This document shows positions 37,301 through 51,001 of a DNA stretch of 64,000 bases, one piece after another (the first letter of the stretch is position 1; every line of letters starts with the position of its first letter). The stretch covers positions 30,504,001 through 30,568,000 of the forward strand of contig NC_043006.1 of the NCBI RefSeq assembly GCF_006345805.1, given 5' to 3'. The notes under the pieces were generated by a model. The model was not told where the DNA came from and searched no databases. It saw only the letters and a program-made list of their open reading frames with translations. The translations under genes were made by a program, and so were the position numbers. Source of the DNA: Octopus sinensis (taxonomy: Eukaryota).

Positions 37301-40300
37301 AATAAGTGTGATCAACATGATGAGATAACAAGGGTGGATGAGAGTGACTGATATCAATGAGGTGTCACATGAGAGTAGTAGTAACAGGCACTGAGTATGG
37401 ACAGATCTCATTTCATCTCTTGTTATACAGGTGATGAAAGAGAGTGGGTGCTAAGAGGAATTGAATAGTCAAATCAGAGCTGTTTTTAGACAATCAGCAT
37501 AAGACATTGAATAGTAGAGAGGGATGATGAAATGTGAGGATAATGAAGAGGGCAGTATATGAAGACTTAGCAGGAATATTAGCAACACCCAATGTAGATA
37601 TCTGTTCCCAACATGCAGTGCTACCACTATTGTAATGACTACTTCTGTGAGTTGAAGTGAAGTCTCCTCCAGATGTTGCCACTTGTCATGATTCTCTGAG
37701 TTTGTCTCTTGAGATTAGTCTTCAGCACTTGGTCTCATGTTTTCCTTTTCCACAGTTTACAGCTTGTGAAAATACAGTTTCATTTTATACTAACAGATTA
37801 ACAATATCAAATAGAATGTCAGATTCCTTGCTACATCACTACATACCACAAGAAGTAAATTGCACTACTTGTAGACAGTTGAAATTTTTTTTCTCAAAAT
37901 ATTCACAAACTAAAATTTGTAATCATATAGAAGAATGCTTGCATTTTATACAACTGTCATATAAATGACTGCACTAGCATTGTCTTCTCTCCAGCTTGCT
38001 GCATTTGATTCTTTGTGTCCAATTTTTGTCTCCAATCATTTATGTTGTCATTCATTCACACTAATATTATAAATATATTTCTTTCTAGCCATCATAAATC
38101 GTCTACATTCAAAGCTCACATCTTGCTCGCTTCATACCCAAGCATTCTACAATCTCCCCTTCACTTGATTACAGAAATCATGTTAGCAACTGAGGTAATA
38201 ATAGCTCGCTGAACTTTTTCCACCCTGTTCTATCCATGGTTACTATGTTTTCAAATCTTGCTCACTGCTTATTAGGTCTCAGTAGCTAAAAATGCTGTCA
38301 ACTACATTGAGTGAGACAACCAAGTATTTAACAGAATTCATTTCATGTATATTCTTATTACTAACCACTTCTGTCCAGCTGTCACATAACAAAGTCTACC
38401 TTCTCTGACAGCTTGGCTGTGATCCCACTACATGTTGGGCATCCACAGTTTACATTAGATACAACATACCAAATTTCTGTCTACTTCTTTCTTTGCATAT
38501 CAAGCCATTTACCTCATAGTAATAGAGGTCCTATCATTCCTTTTTTCTAAAACTTCAGGTTAGAAGTATTATTATGTTAAATAGCTTTCTCCCTCCCACT
38601 CTCTCTCTTATAATATTAGGTCTAGTTAGTTTCAAATTTATTAGATATTGTTGAAAACTGTCTCAAAGTTTCTGTTTATAAGAGATTGATTTAAATTTAT
38701 CATATTTAGCACGTTATGAAATGGAATGAGTAACTTGAATACAAATGACACACCTCTAAAGTGTAGAATGAGTCAGCATAGAGTAGTAGCTTCGTAACAT
38801 TTGAAGCATGAGACTGGATTATGACATTGTAACATATCTTGATTGTAGTAATTTGTTATTACACATACTGTGTAAGTCTCCTGTCCTACACATTTTCCTG
38901 CTAGCATTCTTCTCTATGATTACAACTTTTAGTTTGTGAATATTTTGAAGAAAAGAATTTCAACTTTCTACAAGCTGTCCAATTTACATCTTGTGGTATG
39001 TTAGTGGTGTAGCAAGGAATTTGATTGCTGTTTAATAACATTGTTTGGTATTATTAATCTGTTAGTCTCAAAATCACATTTTAAATTTAATTATTCACAC
39101 ACACACACTCAGATTTAGTCTAAAATAGTTTTATTCATTTAGCCACTGGTTTGGCAAGTGTTGGAACCAATGGTGTTGCACCTGCCTGTTTATTATAATT
39201 AATTTTCAGAATTTGATTTGTAGGTGCTAAGAAAATACTGTGGTGAAAATGATCTATTTTTGTTTGTTTTCTAAATGTGCTTAATAGTTTAATCAAATGT
39301 ATGGTAATTAATAAAGCTTGATCTTTTTGTTATACACAAGTGCCAAATGGCTTTGGGATTAGTGTTTAATAAATGAAAGCAATCTTTTTGATTGAAATTA
39401 TGGAGTCTAGTTGAGCATTTCAATGCAATTCTTGTTCTTTTACATGTAAAACATTGCTGTAAGATTATTGTTCATGTTTACATATCTAATCACAGTATGT
39501 ATGCATACATATGTGTGCATGAATGCACCTGTCCGTTGATCAAGTTTAGAGGTAATAGACAACATCTAATGTGGTAATTTTAGGAAAAGGCAGGCAACCC
39601 CACTCCCTGGTCACTTTTAGTTGCTAATAGAGATTGCTTCACTAATTCCTTAAAAATATTTCTGTAAGTTATGAATTCTCTTTCTGTAATTTTGGATTGC
39701 CTTAGAGAATTCTGCTAGGAAATAATTTAGTTACCTGGAAAAAAATTGAACTCAATATTTTTCTGTAGCAAGCTGAAACCCCAAATATCCTGACAGTTTT
39801 TTAAAATCAAAATTGAATGTTAAAGGAAATGGATTTATCCCCATGTTCTTTATGTGTATCCTTGGGTATGTCTGTATGTGTATATACATGCTTGTGTGTG
39901 TTTATATAGTATATGCTTGAGTGTGTATAGATATGTGACTATGTGTGTCTGTCACCATCATCATTTTGTCATCTAATGTCCGCTTTCCATGCTGGCATGT
40001 GTTGGATGGTTTGACTGAGGACTGGTGAGCCAGAAGGCGGCTCCAATCTGATCTGGCAAAGTTTCTACAGCTGGATGCCCTTCCTAGCACCAACTATTCT
40101 GAGAGTGTAGTTGGTGCTTTTATGTGCTACCAGCTTAAAAGCTGCTTTTTACGTGCTACCTATACAGGAGCCAGTCTGGTGGCACTGGTAACGACCATGC
40201 TTGAATGTTTTTCACGTGCCAGTAAGTCGATGCTGGCAACGATCGCACTCGAATGGTGCTTTTTACGTGCCACTGGCTATACATGCAAATTTGTGTCTCT

Positions 40301-40883
40301 GCATTTGTTTGTCTGAATGTGTGTATACATATGTATGTGTGTGTATGTATATGTATATATATATATATTAACTGATGTACCCGGTAATTCCTGGGAAAGC
40401 AGGGCTTATCCCTTGGTTCCGTTCTCATAATTGTTCTGCTAATCCAATAACAACAGTACAAAGTATGTAGCCCTTAAAGCGGTTTTTGTGCATTTACGGA
40501 GAATTCCGAGCTGTCTTACACAGGATCTTGTTTTTAGGAATTCCTAATCAGTTATGAATACCCAAATTGTGAAGTCAGTTATGTGATAACATGAAATTAG
40601 TTACCTGATAGTAAGAATTCAAATAAAGTAGCCCTGAAAAGGGCTTTAATGCATTCTCAGAGTATATAGAACTTAGGAGGAAATACAAAGGTATGTATAC
40701 AAAGATCATAAAGCATGTTATGTAATAACAGGCTAACCAGATATGAGATAATAGCAATTCAAAATAAATAACTCTGAAAAGGGCTTTTGTGCGTTCTCAG
40801 AGAATATTACCCTCAGCAGCACTAGTGTTGGTATATTTGTGAATAAGACACTAACCGAAATAAGTGGATCTATTGTTTAGGAA

Positions 40884-40961
40884 AATACTATTTACTTGTT
40901 TAAGGGTTGTACTGGATAAATTAATACTATTTACTTGTTTAAGGGTTGTACTGGATAAATT
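40884..40961. repeat. Perfect 39-bp tandem duplication
   Basis: aatactatttacttgtttaagggttgtactggataaatt x2. Confidence 0.9.
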
Positions 40962-41220
40962 GCGAAAATAACTCTAACAGTTCAAATACTAAGAAATAAG
41001 CAAACTCAGTTTGATTTATACCAAATAATTTAGGAAAATGAACAGGTTATTTCCCTTGGCTGTTAAAATCTGGGTGAATATATTAGATATATATAAGGAT
41101 CCTTTCCAGGGCCCTATTATCAATTTTTTTCAATAATATGAGTATGCCAATAAGGTTTCCAGATATGAGTTCTACTCACATGTCAAGTTTCATCAAAATT
41201 GATAAAACGATGTAGGAGAA

Positions 41221-41375
41221 GAGTGGCTGTGTGGTAAGTAGCTTGCTAACCAACCACATGGTTCCGGGTTCAGTCCCACTGCGTGGCATCTTGGGCAAGT
41301 GTCTTCTGCTATAGCCCCAGGCCGACCAATGCCTTGTGAGTGGATTTGGTAGACGGAAACTGAAAGAAGCCTGTC

Positions 41376-41454
<79 letters not shown>

Positions 41455-41660
41455 TTGTCCCCCTAGCATTGCTTGACAACCGATGCTGGTATGTTTACGT
41501 CCCCGTCACTTAGTGGTTCGGCAAAAGAGACCGATAGAATAAGTACTGGGCTTACAAAGAATAAGTCCCAGGGTCGATTTGCTTGACTAAAGGCGGTGCT
41601 CCAGCATGGCCGCAGTCAAATGACTGAAACAAGTAAAAGAGAGTAAAAGAAAGAAAGAGA
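41221..41660 (+). mobile_element. Young full-length tRNA-derived SINE
   Basis: A/B-box head, long (AT)n(GT)n centre, tail ggtgctccagcatggccgcagtcaaatgactgaaac. Minus-strand copies at 44575-44943 and 45690-46080. Confidence 0.9.
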
Positions 41661-42391
41661 GAGTAACAACTCCACAAGCACATGCACAGATAGAAGAATT
41701 TCCCACAACTGAGTAAAATGGAGGCCATAAAGGAATATTAATATCTGTTCCCCTTGTTCATGATTGGTCCCTGACAAACCTCCTCCTCGCAACCCATCTT
41801 CCTAATATCCTCTCAATGGCTTTACATCACACTGTCCTCCATCACTTACGTGAGGTCCTGCTTGCTGGATTGACTGACTAGTTCATTTTGGCATTATCGC
41901 CACCATTCAAATTGTGGACTGATGCTGGTCTGATGTGTCATAGGCAGACATTTACTTACACATGTATGTTTATGTTTGCTTGTGTGTATGTCCTATAGAC
42001 ACAGCATATAAAATCCGTGCACATGCAACAATGCACAAAACTCTCTTCCTTTCAGTCACTTCTCTGATTTTGTACTGATTCATTACAGAAAACAAAAAGG
42101 TTGGCTAGTGGCATGTATATGGACATCATAGACAAATACAGGTATGTCAAGTACCATTGTTGAAGAGTGTAGGCTCAAAATGTAAAATACTTTCTCACTT
42201 CTCAAGCATTAAACTAATACATCTGTTTGTTGTTTACACACCGGTCTTCATCTTTTTTTTGTAAATTCTCACTTTATGTTTGTTTTGTTTTCCATTAGTG
42301 TCTTTCGTTCGAAAGAATAGTTAATGTTCCTTGTACTTGTGCTTCATACTTTTTTTGTTGTCCAAGTTTCGTGACATCTTGTGCCCACATA

Positions 42392-42426
<35 letters not shown>

Positions 42427-45400
42427 CATGGGAAAATGCTAGCAAGAAAATTATATTAAGATTATAAACCTGGAAAAGTTCAGGACAACTTATTACATCT
42501 GGTAAAGTACAGAAGAACATTTTTACTTAAAATTTTGCAGCTAAGGATAAAATTTCAAATAAAATATTTAGATTTAGAAAATATTAGCTTTTATTTAAAA
42601 ACTAAAAATTTTATTACAAGTTATTCTATTTATTATTACTTGTTACTTTAAAAAATTAAAAATAACTCAAAATATTTTTTGCACTTTAAAAGAATCCATT
42701 TTTTTAAAAATTAATTAAAAATTTGAAAATAGGTTATAAAAAATAATACATAATTAGTACAATAAATAGAAAAATACAAAAACTAGTCATATATTACATA
42801 AAATCTTCCTATAACAACAAATTCACATTAATATTTGCTTGATTTATTGCCAAGTCTTCACATTTTTTAGTCTTGACCCAATGCCTATTTTTTACATAAT
42901 GAATTTGCCTACCATATATACTATTCTACTTAGCGTAAAACTTTAGCTATATTGGTACTTCTGACTCAGTTTTTATGTATCTAGTGTGTCAATATTGTAA
43001 CAAAATGATGGTACCTTTCTTAATTATAATGTTACTTGGTAAATTAAAATCAAATAATTTTTGATATTCAAGTTTTATCCTTAGCTGCAATTTTTTAAGT
43101 AAAAATTTTCTTGTTCTGCATTTTACCAGATGTAATAAGTTGTCCTAAACTTTTCCAAGTGTAATAACTTGTCCTGTACTTTTCCAGGTTTATAATCTTA
43201 ATATTATTTCTCTTGCTCGCATTTTCCCTTGTATTCCATGTTTTTCCAGGATATGCTATTATGCTAATTAATCATGTGTCAGTTACTGGTGATGTTGATA
43301 ATTTTTTCCTTACCTCAATGACACTGGTGACATATTAAAAGTCCCTTTATAGATCTATATTCAGAAAAAAGTATAGAACTATATTCATAAAAAAACTATA
43401 GAACTGTATTATCACCCTCATAACTTGTTTCTTTTAACATTTTATTGCATGAGATTGATTCCATGAAATTTCTTGAATTGAGCTCTATCATTTAAGCTAA
43501 ATTAAAATATAGTTTGTTTTTAAAATAAAATAGTTAATTATACTTGAATCGTTATTCGATCTAAACTTGATTGGTAGCATTACTCTCCTATAATGTTGCT
43601 ACAAATTTTGATGGAAACAATTTTCTTCTGGATCAAATCTCAATGTTTTAATGCCAAACTGTAGCTAAAACATTTTTTTCCATTTTTTATTTTCTCTCTG
43701 TCTATATACATGTATATATGTGTATGCATTTATGTCCATAGTTTTTATGGTATATTTTAGTAGGAATATGTGCGTTTACACATACGTGTGTGTGTGTATG
43801 TATACATGAATAAGAAATATGTTCATATATTTGTGTGTATGTACATTTATGCAAGAAGTGTATATTGATGTACATCCACATTTATTTACTTGTTTACCTA
43901 TTTCATAGAGTGTGTGTTTGTAGGAAATTGTTTTTAATTATATTTCTATTCATGTAATGCTTTTATGTCTTATGACATATTTGCATGTGTGTAGATAAAT
44001 GATGCATGTTTTTTTTTTTAGTTTTCAAAAAGTTTTTGTTTATTAAATTGCTTAATGGGCAATTTGAAAATAAAAATGATTATCTCTTGATTGCTCATGA
44101 AAATAAAAAAGGTAATCTATATAAAAGCAGAATCCAAATTTGCATTCAGTTTGGTGAGTGCCATGCATGAAACTCTTGGCTGTTGAGTCACTCGGCTATG
44201 TGGTTTAGAAGTTCACTGAAAGAAACCCTTCTTGTGTATGTGCGTCTGTCTATCCTTCCATTCCATATCTATATATATCATCATCATCGTTTAACGTCCA
44301 CTTTCCATGCTAGCATGGGTTGGACGATTTGACTGAGGTCTGGTGAACCAGATGGCTGCACCAGACTCCAATCTGATCTGGCAGAGTTTCTACAGCTGGA
44401 TACCCTTCCTAACGCCAACCACTCCGAGAGTGTAGTGGGTGCTTTTACGTGCCACCAGCACAAGGGCCAGTCAGGCGGTACTGGCAACGTCCTTGCTCGA
44501 ATAGTGCTTTTTATGTGCCACCTGCACAGGAGCCAGTCCAGCAGCACTGGCAACGACCTCGCTCAAATGTTTTTTCACTTGTTTGTCATTTGACTGTGGC
44601 CATGCTGGAGTACTGCCTTTAGTCGAGCAAATCAACCCCAGGACTTATCCTTTGTAAGCCTAGTACTTGTTCTATTGGTCTCTTTTGCTGAACCACTAAG
44701 TTACGGGGGCGTAAACACACCAGCATCGGTTATCAGGCGATGTTGAGGGGACACACACAGACATACAAACACACACACACACATACATACATACAACAGT
44801 CTTCTTTCATTTTCTGTCTACCAAATCCACTCACAAGGCTTTGGTCAGCCCAAGGCTATAGTAGAAAACACTTGCCCAAGGTGCCACGCAGTGGGACCTG
44901 GAACCATGTGGTTGGTAAGCAAGCTACTTACCACACAGCCACTCTTGAAATCATTAAGAACAAGGTGCAGTGATGGATGAGGGGTTGATGTTTTAAGAAA
45001 CCAATGTTGAAGACAAACCATGCTGTGGAAGACCATGAACTGTGACCACTGACCCAGATCTCCAGTAAATGGATAAATCAATGAAGACAGAGGAGAACTG
45101 GGATATTTTGGCATTTTTCTGTAAAAGAAGTTATCAACTGATAATTGAAACTCAGTTGTGATTTCAGATGGTTACTGGAACTGTCAAATATTTACTATTG
45201 TTCTCAGCAAAGTATTCCCCTTGACAAGGAATAGTGCATGTGATCATTTGTTTTGCACATCTTCGTTCTACTTTTAGCTTTACCATGGCCTCTTTTATAG
45301 TTTTAACTTTATTTAAAGTATATTTCCTACTCACGAGTGTCTCACAAATGGCATTGTAGCAGGTAACACTGTTGAAACAATTTTCCATAAATACCAAATT

Positions 45401-46929
45401 GTGAATAAAGACTTGAAAACATTGTGATGTGAAAATGTGTGACTTAGCAACAACCTTAACATTTTCCTTGTTTTTTACTTATATTTCTTTTTTGCAATTG
45501 TTAATTGCTGAAATGTTAGTAAAGCATTTCATGCAAATGTGGAATCTTTTCCATTTGTTTGAGACGTGTGTGTGTGTGATCCCTGCTTTTTAAAAAAAAT
45601 TTTTTTTTCTAACTATCACAATGTCGGTACTTGTCCCTGTCATGTTGTCTTTTTTTTTTTTTTGCCTATTGCTTATATATATCGTGTTTTAGTTGTTTGA
45701 CTGGTCATGCTGGGGTACTGCCTTGAGAGGTCTTAGTTGAACAAATCAACCCCAGTACTTATTTTTAAATAAATTTCCTTTTTGAAACCTTCTACTTTAT
45801 TCTATCATTTTCTTTTGCTGAACTGCATTATGCAGTTATGGGGATGTAAACATACCAACACCAGTTGTCAAGCAGTGGTGGGGAACAGACAGACACAAAG
45901 GCACACATAGATATATATGCATGATGGGCTTGTTTCAGTTTTCATCTACCAAATCAATCTACAAGGCTTTGGTCGGTCCAAGGCTGTAGTAGAAGACACT
46001 TGCCCAAGATGCCATGCTGTAGAACTTAACCTGGAATCTTGTGGTTGGAAAGCAGGCTTCTTACCACACAGCCACGCCTGCCCACACACACACAATGGGA
46101 TTCTTCTTCTTTTTTTATTTGAGGTTTCTTGTATTCTAAAATAGTTTAATGCCTCCATGTTAACTTTTGCTGTATATTTACTGAATCCTGTTAATTTAGT
46201 TTTTCTTGACTCTTACTTAAATTATCAGATTGTTCTTTTATGTTAAGAATACCATTCTGTGTAGTATTTTTGATTTTAAAATTTGTCTTGTAAAATATTC
46301 CAGGAATATAAATTGATCCTAGTATTTGACTGGTACATCAAGTTATTGAGCTTAGATAGATGAAAGGCCAAGTTGAACTGGGAGGGAGTTCAATTCAGAA
46401 TAGACAGGCTCCTAACTGCTGCTTGGCATTTTATCCAGTCATACTAACAATTTTGTCTTTCTGGGAATTGTTGCTTTTGTTTCTGAATTATCTGACTAAA
46501 TTAGTTCTCTTGTGACACATTCTTTGTAAATTTGTACTTTATATTTTAATAATTATGGAAATGCCTTTTAAAAATATTTTATTTGTAAAATGAGGCTATA
46601 ATGACAGCATTTTTTTGTAAAAATTTTGCCACTAAACTGTCCTATTACTTTTTTAAAATGTTTGCTACTGAACTGCTCCTTTGCTAAGAGTCATCCAGAT
46701 TGAACTGGTGAATTTCTTATTACTAATGTAATGGGATTATCAAGAAATAAACTGATCCAACAATGGTCTCTGCCATGCATATTTTATGTTATTAAATAAG
46801 GAGAACACTTGCTGTACAGAGTCCTTTATTTGACAGCTCTTGTGTCAGTGGCTTTAACCAATAGATCGCTCTCTCTCTAAACACTATATAGTGAAAACTG
46901 CTACCAAACCTTATCTTTTATTATTTGTT

Positions 46930-48825
46930 GTATCCATCCGAATGATAGTTAATCAAGTCATACACGAAGGTGTCATGCCCAATGACTGGCATAGCAGTAT
47001 CACTGTCAAGTTCTACAAAGGCAAAGGAGATGTCTTAAACAGAAGCAACTATGGAGGAATAAAATTGCTAGACCAAGTTGTGAAGGTCAAAGCACAATTG
47101 ATCCATGACAAAATAGAGTGAGATGCAATTTGGCTTTGTGTTTGGCAGCGATGCTATGTAACCAGTGAGGCAAGTGCTAGAGAAATACTTGGCTTGGAAG
47201 AAACAACTATTTCTAGCTGTCATTGATTTGGAGACAGTATTCGAAAGGGTACCTCATTCAGTAATTTGGTGGTTAGTGAGGAATCTAGGTGCAGATGAAT
47301 GAATTGTGAGGATTGTACAAGCTTTGGACAAAGATGCAGTAAGCAAAGTGAGTTAATGATTTCAGTGATGAATTTAGTGTGAAGGTAGTAAGGTTCTATC
47401 CTCTCATCCATTATAGTCTCACAGGCCATCACAGACAAGTTTGATTGGATGTTCATGGAAGCTTTATGTACTCACAATCTAGTTCTCATAGCTGAATGTA
47501 TAGGGGAATAATAGAAGAAAATACTAGGCATGGACAGTAAAACTTGAGTTGAACAGGCTTTAACTAAAATTAGCAAAGGTTTTAGTAAATAGGAAAGAAG
47601 CTCGGACCCTAGTATCTTCAAAGAAATGGTCTTGCTTGATATGCAGAAAAGAAAAAGGCTACAGTCGGACTGTACCCAAGCTATAAACACATTCGAGATG
47701 TGGAATCAAGCAGACTATCAGAGAATGTAAACTTCATATGTGGCAATTCATTGAATTGAATGCATACACACCAGAAATAGTTTCTCTTAAATGCCCAGAT
47801 GGTTCACTAGGAGGAGATACTGACATATGTTGATATTGGTCTTTAAGTTGTTCATGATGAGTGTTGAAAGGAATTCTTAGCGTCAGTTATCCATCTCCAT
47901 GCTAGTGATTGTATATAGGTGTGTGTGTGTGTAGTGTGTGTAATGTGTATATATTTTCAGAGCTTCTATTTTGTTGGTGACTAAGGACCTCTCCCTCAGA
48001 CAATAGGCTCCCTCAAATGCTTGGGGGTGGATCATTAGAAGTAGTAGATAGCTTTTACCTAGGAGACCAAATTAGCAGTGATGGAAGAAGTTCTGAAAGT
48101 AGTTACTAGCATAATAATGGGATGGGCAAAGTTCAGGGAGCTTCTAATTTTGTTGGTAACTAAGGGCTTCTCCTTCAGAGTGAAAGGCAGAGTGCATGAT
48201 GCCTGTGTATGTACAGCTATGTTGCATGGCAGTGAAACATGGGCTTTGACTACAGAGGACTTGCAAAGGCCTGAAAGAAATGAAGCTAGCATGCTCTGCT
48301 GGATGGGTAATGTCAGTGTGTATGCATGACCGAGTGTAAGTGATTTAAGAGGAAAACTGGGTATAAGAAGCATCAAATTTTGTGTGCAAGAGAAGATTTG
48401 GTCATGTGATGCATATAGATGAAGACAGCTGTGTAAAGAAGTGCTGAGCTCTAATTGTGGTGGGAACCTGTGGATAGAGTTGACCCAGGAAGATGTGGGG
48501 TGAAGGGGTGAGAAAGGATCATCAGATTCTGTGCCTCTCTGAGGAAATGACAACAAACTGGATAAAATCACTGTTTTCCATGCATACAGGCTTAACCATC
48601 ACAGGTGCTGGTGCCACATAAAATGTACTTGTGCTGGTGTTGAGTAAATGCATGTAAAAAGCACCCAGCAAACTCTGTTAAGTGGTTGGCATTTGGAAGG
48701 GCATCCAGCCATAGAAACCATGCCACAACAGACAATTGGAGTCTGGACATCTTCCTGGCTAGTCAGCTCCATGTCAAACTGTCCAACCCATGCCAGCATG
48801 GAAAGCGGACATTAAATGATGATGA
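46930..48825 (+). mobile_element. Two RTE LINE fragments plus tail
   Basis: EGVMPNDWHSSITVKFYKGKGD..SNYGGIKLLDQV and GWAKFRELL..VKGRVHDACVCTAMLHGSETWAL. Confidence 0.85.
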
Positions 48826-50946
48826 GGGTATGTTCTGACTCTTTATGCTCTCAAATAACCACATCTAACCCACACTTGGCTCTCTTCTTCTCATTCTTTC
48901 ATTCTCTCACACTCTCTTATTCATACACCCACCCTACATGCATGTATACTAACTGAAATTCTGGGCATTGCTTGGAGTAAGGACTTGGGGAATTTGTCAA
49001 GTTTCATAGGGATGAATTTGTGCCTGCAGTAACTGTTTTCTATCTCAAAGAAGTAGGTTTTGGATTCAATGCCCCTTATAACTTGTGTGTGTCTTTCAGA
49101 ATTTTTAGGGTATTTTTGGGCTTTGTGTCATAGGTAATATTTTGCAGATACCCCCCCCCCCTTTTTTTTTTTGTTTTCAAAATTTGGACTTTTTTTCCTG
49201 TGTTCTTCACCATCTCCACTGGGGAGGATACAATGAATCACAATATTTTCATTCTTGAATTGTTTCCTTAGTAATTTTTTTCTTTTTCAGAATTGTTTTA
49301 AACACAGGAACTTATGATTCTAAAAGAAAATAAGGTTAATGTTTTGGGTCAGGAATTATGGATTAGTATTTTAGGGTCAGGTTAAGGATCAAGAGTTTAG
49401 TATTAAATGAAAAAAAAAACAGTATGTAAAACATTTCATTTGTGAATTTTTTCTTTTAATGCTTTTGCAGAATTAAAATCTGTTTAAAACAAATTCAAAG
49501 AAACATTCTAAAAAATAAGCAGTCATGTGAGTATTTAGTCAGATACTCTGCCTATTGTTTGTCCAGAAACTTTATTTTAATTCAAGTAAATTACATTGTG
49601 ACATGGAGTCAAGTCGTCATGTCTTGGGCCTGAAATGACATGCTGCCGGTAAGCATTGTGGATCTATTGAATAACCCATAAAATAATTATAAGTTAGTCA
49701 TGGAAATGGGAGCAGAGTGAAAGGTAGATAATGATCACATGAAAACTGCAGTATTTTAGTCATTATTGGAACCCTGAACCTCTGTGTCTGCATCTTCAGG
49801 CGCTGAGGAAAGGGAAAATGGGTTTGCTGGGCAACAGAGCAATGACATAAGGACTGAATATGGGAGTACCTTCTCAGTACCACAGTATATAGCAAGGAGT
49901 AAGATTTGTGTTTGAACATGTCCATCCTCAGTCATGAGAATGCACAGATCTATTTATTGGGAGCTGAAAACTGTTGCAACTGTTACTCTTAGTTCCTCTT
50001 TTTTGATCTTTTGAAAATGTGAAACTTGGAATAAGAATTAATGAAGTTTTCAGTTTACAGCAAACATAAACCTGTACTTTATGCATCGAGTACTGTCTTC
50101 CCCTTCTTGTTTGCATAACTTTTTGTATCAAAGCACACATTGTTGTAATCTCTATTATAATACTCATTATTCTTCACAAGATAAACTCTTAGTTGTTAGA
50201 TTTTTTTCTAAGACTGGTTTCTTTGAAAATTAGGTGTATCAAACATTTCTCTAGTTTTAAAATATTAAAAACTCAATTATTTTTGATATTGGATTTTCTA
50301 ATTGACCCATTTTACATCTGTAAACGAAGCTTTTAAAAATAAGTTTAATGAAAAGTGCCTTCAAGCATATACATATAGAATATTTTATTAATTTACATAT
50401 AAAATGTAATTACTAAAATATTTTAGTAGTGTAGCAATGAACAGATTTGTCTAATTATTTGTACATTATAAGGAAATGTAAGATGAGTCTGCTCATATAT
50501 GCTACTTTTGATTAAAAAATGTCAAGTATTATTCTAGCTGCGAAATCTCCAATTTACTTCCTGTAAATAAAAATTGCCATGTTGTTTGAAAATTTAATTT
50601 ATATATGTTTCAACTTACTAATTCAGAAAAACCTTTCACTTTTAATGAAGACTTTGTGTAATTATTTTTTTTATTGGTTTGAAAGCAGTTTATTATACAC
50701 AACTGATTGAACAAAAAAATTTTTGTAAGAATATTTAAAATCAATGACATAGGTTATTAATTTTTATAAGTTTGACTTTGACAATATTTTCTGTTGCACC
50801 TGATTTTTTTAATCACATGATTATTTTGTCATGGGTTATAAATATTTTTGGGTTTAGTTGTGTTATATATGAAGTTGATATATCTGTATAGTTACTAGCT
50901 TAAAAACCGAGCTGTTGTTGTTGATAAATATTTTTCACTTTTGCAG

Positions 50947-51001
50947 GTTTTAACCTGAAAGGATTTCCTATGTTAGTTGAACCCTCAGTTTCTAAACGAA
51001 G
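50947..51001 (+). CDS. IGF2BP: IGF2BP/Imp exon 2 (end of RRM1), GC donor
   Basis: 55 nt after ttttgcAG. (G)FNLKGFPMLVEPSVSKR(S) is similar to IGF2BP [21 protein letters not shown]. Ends AAG/GCAAG in phase 2, the phase exon 3 requires. Confidence 0.88.

Noticed and set aside
41221-41300. tRNA genes suggested by A/B boxes (also 11248, 15350, 26629)
   Set aside because: They continue into repeated SINE bodies and tails and do not form a convincing cloverleaf.
49330-49390. Telomere-like ttagggtcaggttaagg
   Set aside because: Too degenerate and short for an interstitial telomere; probably inside an old repeat.
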